The notes under the pieces were generated by a model, which had not been told where the DNA came from, made no database searches, and saw nothing but the letters and a program-made list of their open reading frames with translations. The translations under genes and the position numbers were made by a program. A DNA stretch of 50,359 bases from Candidatus Bathyarchaeia archaeon. Lineage in GTDB: Archaea; Thermoproteota; Bathyarchaeia; Bathyarchaeales; Bathycorpusculaceae. The stretch is from assembly GCA_049512075.1 (NCBI GenBank), contig JBEKXL010000016.1, forward strand, positions 1 through 50,359, in the 5' to 3' direction. Below are positions 47,591 through 50,359 of the stretch, in pieces; position 1 is the stretch's first letter, and every line of letters starts with the position of its first letter.

Positions 47591-47703
47591 ACATTTAATG
47601 CGCACATAACGCGGGCAAACCAAGACTAGTGCGCGCGTAATAACCAAGTGCGGGCTCCATGTTTAACCTGATTGAACTGATGATTGGTGCTTGTTTCTGG
47701 AGG

Positions 47704-48792
47704 TTAGTCTTCTCTCCACTTGAATAGTCTCGCTGCGGCTACGAAGGCAACGATCGTGATTACTGCGACTACGACGAGGTCTATTGTTGCCTGTGCGTAG
47801 TTGCTGTATATCATGACTCCGTTGAGCCCGTCGATTATGTAGAACAAGGGAAGGACGTGTGCGAAAGTCTGCAGGTACGTGGGCATGAGCGAGATGGGGA
47901 AGAAGGTGCCGGAGAGGAACATCATGGGGAAGGTTATGACGTTTCCGACGACGCTGGCTGTTTCGGTGCTCTTTGAGATGGTTCCCACGAGCATGCCGAG
48001 CGAAGCGAAGAACATGGGGCCCAGTACTAGGAATGGGATTAGCCACGGTGAGAGCGCGACGTGTGCGTGAAAGGCGACGACTCCAACGGCAGTCATCAAC
48101 AAGAATGACACAGAGGAGAGAAGGATGTAGAAGAGTACTTTGGAGGCCAGCCACTCCATCTTGGTGAGAGGGGTCAACGATAGCTGTTTGAACAATTTTA
48201 TTCTCTTGTACTCAGAGGATATGTTTACGAGGGAGAACATGGGGCTTATAAGTATGGCGAAACCGATGAGGCCTGGAACCAGGAAGTCGATGTACTTGGT
48301 CACCTGGGAATTGGCCGTGGTCTGCGTTACGCCGATAATAGCGCGCGAGCCGTAAAGGTTAAACCCGTTTATCACTCCGGCTACGGTTCCGCTCACGATT
48401 TGGCTGGAGCTTTGGCTGGGGTTGCCGTAGAGTGTCACGTTGACAGGTTGGTGAGCTGCATAGTCGGCCGAGAAATCTGCTGGGATGATTATTCCGTCGG
48501 AGGCGGAGTGAGCTGAGAGGTATTGAGAAAAGTTTTCAGAATTGCTCACCAGTATCAAATTGACTGTGCCTGTGCTGTTCAAGGCGCCTGTGAAGGAACT
48601 GGAGACTGGGCCGGTGTCGTGGTTTTGAACGTAGAGCGTTATCGTGCCGGAAAAGCCGCTTTGAAAGATTGCGCCGAAGATGAGTATGAGGATGACTGGG
48701 AATATTAGGCCGAAGAACAGTCCCGCCGCGTTTCTTAGGTATCCTCGGCCGAAAACGCGGAGGTCAGACATGACTCTTTTTGTACTGGGCAT
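47704..48792 (-). CDS. ABC-2 type exporter permease
   Basis: YIDFLVPG, NVITFPMMFLSGTFFP; paralog of 13554-14669. Confidence 0.92.
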   Translation of the reverse strand: MPSTKRVMSDLRVFGRGYLRNAAGLFFGLIFPVILILIFGAIFQSGFSGTITLYVQNHDTGPVSSSFTGALNSTGTVNLILVSNSENFSQYLSAHSASDGIIIPADFSADYAAHQPVNVTLYGNPSQSSSQIVSGTVAGVINGFNLYGSRAIIGVTQTTANSQVTKYIDFLVPGLIGFAILISPMFSLVNISSEYKRIKLFKQLSLTPLTKMEWLASKVLFYILLSSVSFLLMTAVGVVAFHAHVALSPWLIPFLVLGPMFFASLGMLVGTISKSTETASVVGNVITFPMMFLSGTFFPISLMPTYLQTFAHVLPLFYIIDGLNGVMIYSNYAQATIDLVVVAVITIVAFVAAARLFKWRED

Positions 48793-48797
48793 TCGTT

Positions 48798-49763
48798 TTA
48801 GCGCCTCCTCTGATCACGTGAATTGTTATTTGTGTTTTCGGCTCTGATTTCGCCGTGCTCGTCTATTGTTCCGCTCACGAGTTTGACGAACACGTCGTCC
48901 AGGCTGTCGCGGCGTGTGTGGAGATCGTGCCAGTCGAGTCCTGACTGTTCAGCAGCGGTAAGGGCTGTGAGCGCGTCTTCTTTTTGTTTGATTGCTATGC
49001 TGATGATACCCTTGCTATTGTACTCGGTGTTCAGTTTTGTGTGAGTTTTGATGTAGGTGGCCAGCTGTTCTGTTCCGTGAATTTCGAGCCTTTCGCCTGA
49101 GCCGTGAGTTTCGATGATTTCCTCGGTGGTTCCCATGGCCACTACATGTCCGTGGTTCATGATGGCGACCCTGTCGGAAAGCTGTTCCGCCTCGTCAAGG
49201 TAATGCGTGGTCAATATCACCGTCTTGCCCTTGCTCTTCAATCCTCTTATCACGTCCCAAACGGCTCTTCTGGCGTTTGGATCAAGCCCAGTGGTGGGTT
49301 CGTCTAGGAAGAGAAGCTCTGCATTGTTCACAAGTGCGAGTGCGAGACCCATCTTCTGCTTCTGCCCTCCGGAAAGGTTCTCGAAGAGGACACGGGCTGA
49401 ATCATCCAGCAAAACTTCTTTCAAGGTCGCGTCCGGGTCGACGGTGACATCGAAGAGATCCGCGTAATACTTCACTGCCTCCCGTGGGTTTGCTTTGTCG
49501 AAGAACGTGAAGTCCTGAGGTATAACGCCGATTCTCTTGTGAAGCACGCCGCTGTTTCCCCACGGATCAAGACCCAGCACCTTCACGGCGCCCGCGTCTC
49601 GTTTCCGCAAACCCTCCAAAATCTCTATCAGCGTCGTCTTACCCGCCCCATTCGGGCCAAGAAGAGCGAAAACCTCGCCCTCATTAACCGAAAAGGAAAC
49701 CCCGTCAACCGCATGCAAATCGCCATACGATTTCTTAACATCAGAGATCTCAACCGGAATCAT
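48798..49763 (-). CDS. ABC-2 type exporter ATP-binding subunit
   Basis: GPNGAGKTT, LSGGQ, FLDEPTTGLD, TTHYLDEAE. Start is 49763 (ATG) or 49772 (GTG). Confidence 0.94.
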   Translation of the reverse strand: MIPVEISDVKKSYGDLHAVDGVSFSVNEGEVFALLGPNGAGKTTLIEILEGLRKRDAGAVKVLGLDPWGNSGVLHKRIGVIPQDFTFFDKANPREAVKYYADLFDVTVDPDATLKEVLLDDSARVLFENLSGGQKQKMGLALALVNNAELLFLDEPTTGLDPNARRAVWDVIRGLKSKGKTVILTTHYLDEAEQLSDRVAIMNHGHVVAMGTTEEIIETHGSGERLEIHGTEQLATYIKTHTKLNTEYNSKGIISIAIKQKEDALTALTAAEQSGLDWHDLHTRRDSLDDVFVKLVSGTIDEHGEIRAENTNNNSRDQRRR

Positions 49764-50242
49764 TCCAACCACAACCTCAACCGAACCATCCCCTTCACAA
49801 TACCTCTTGATACCGGAACAGCCACCTCATGAACCGTTCTCCAGGAGGGTGCGCAATGCTGGAAATATAGTTTGTGGATTGGCACTTGCAAACTGGTCGA
49901 GTGCGCAGCATGACTGCACGTTTCTTTGGTGTTACTCGAAGCTCAGTTCAAGGCTGATGAGCACTTTTCTCCACATGATTGCGCGTGCGCCCGTCAAATA
50001 GTACTTAATCAAACTCCAAGCTGAACCCTAACAACATCAGTCCTGGCAATACTCGCCAACATAGCAAGGCAGAAGAGTAAGAGAAGCACAACTGCTCCAG
50101 AACCTCGGGTTCTGTCCGCCGCAGTCAACCCTGCAGGCTCGTATGTTTTGAAGCGATTTTTATATCTTGTGAAAGCATCTTCACATCAACCATCAGGGTC
50201 TCGCCCGCCCCCCGCTTTTCTGAATGAAGAAAAAGTAGTTTC

Positions 50243-50262
50243 CCCCGGAGCAAGCTCCGGGG
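50243..50262. mobile_element. Right-end hairpin of the IS200-like element
   Basis: CCCCGGAGC-AA-GCTCCGGGG perfect inverted repeat directly after the tnpA stop. Confidence 0.75.
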
Positions 50263-50264
50263 CT

Positions 50265-50359
50265 CTATGGTGTTGCTTCTTGTTGTTCTTCTCGTATGTA
50301 TTTTCTGACGGCGTCGAGGTTTAGTCCGCCTACCGTGTTAACGCAGTATCCGCCTGCCC
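50265..50359 (-). mobile_element. tnpA: 3' end of an IS200/IS605-family Y1 transposase (TnpA), cut by the window edge
   Basis: The minus strand reads (W)AGGYCVNTVGGLNLDAVRKYIREEQQEATP*, matching the TnpA W..gY...TvG......YI..Q motif with its catalytic Tyr. Not in the ORF track. Confidence 0.85.

Noticed and set aside
49807-50200. ORF 49807-50001 and possible remnants before the IS end
   Set aside because: No assignable peptide in the frames I translated.
1-50359. CRISPR array, integron attC array or prophage
   Set aside because: I found no regularly spaced 25-40 bp repeats, cas genes, integrase or virion genes. Genes beside the (GC)n motifs have mixed orientation, unlike integron cassettes.

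Overview
About 50 kb of an archaeal chromosome. The evidence is an archaeal EF-1alpha, a DRG GTPase, TATA-like promoters, an intron-containing tRNA and a PEF-CTERM surface protein; the gene content suggests Bathyarchaeia, which is an inference. The window is a patchwork of short, unrelated transcription units: redox and stress genes, three ABC-2 exporters, surface proteins and hydrolases, and an orphan sensor kinase. It also holds a complete NHEJ operon (LigD polymerase, Ku, ligase-phosphoesterase fusion, DUF72), a tRNA-Leu(CAG) with a non-canonical 29/30 intron, and the 3' end of an IS200/IS605 transposase at the right edge. The most striking unexplained signal is a palindromic (GC)n motif, often TAGCGCGC. 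It is strongly concentrated between genes and sits at the apparent breakpoints of four truncated gene remnants, which suggests a motif-directed recombination or end-joining process shaping this genome. All motif counts were made by eye and all family assignments come from recognised motifs, not database searches.
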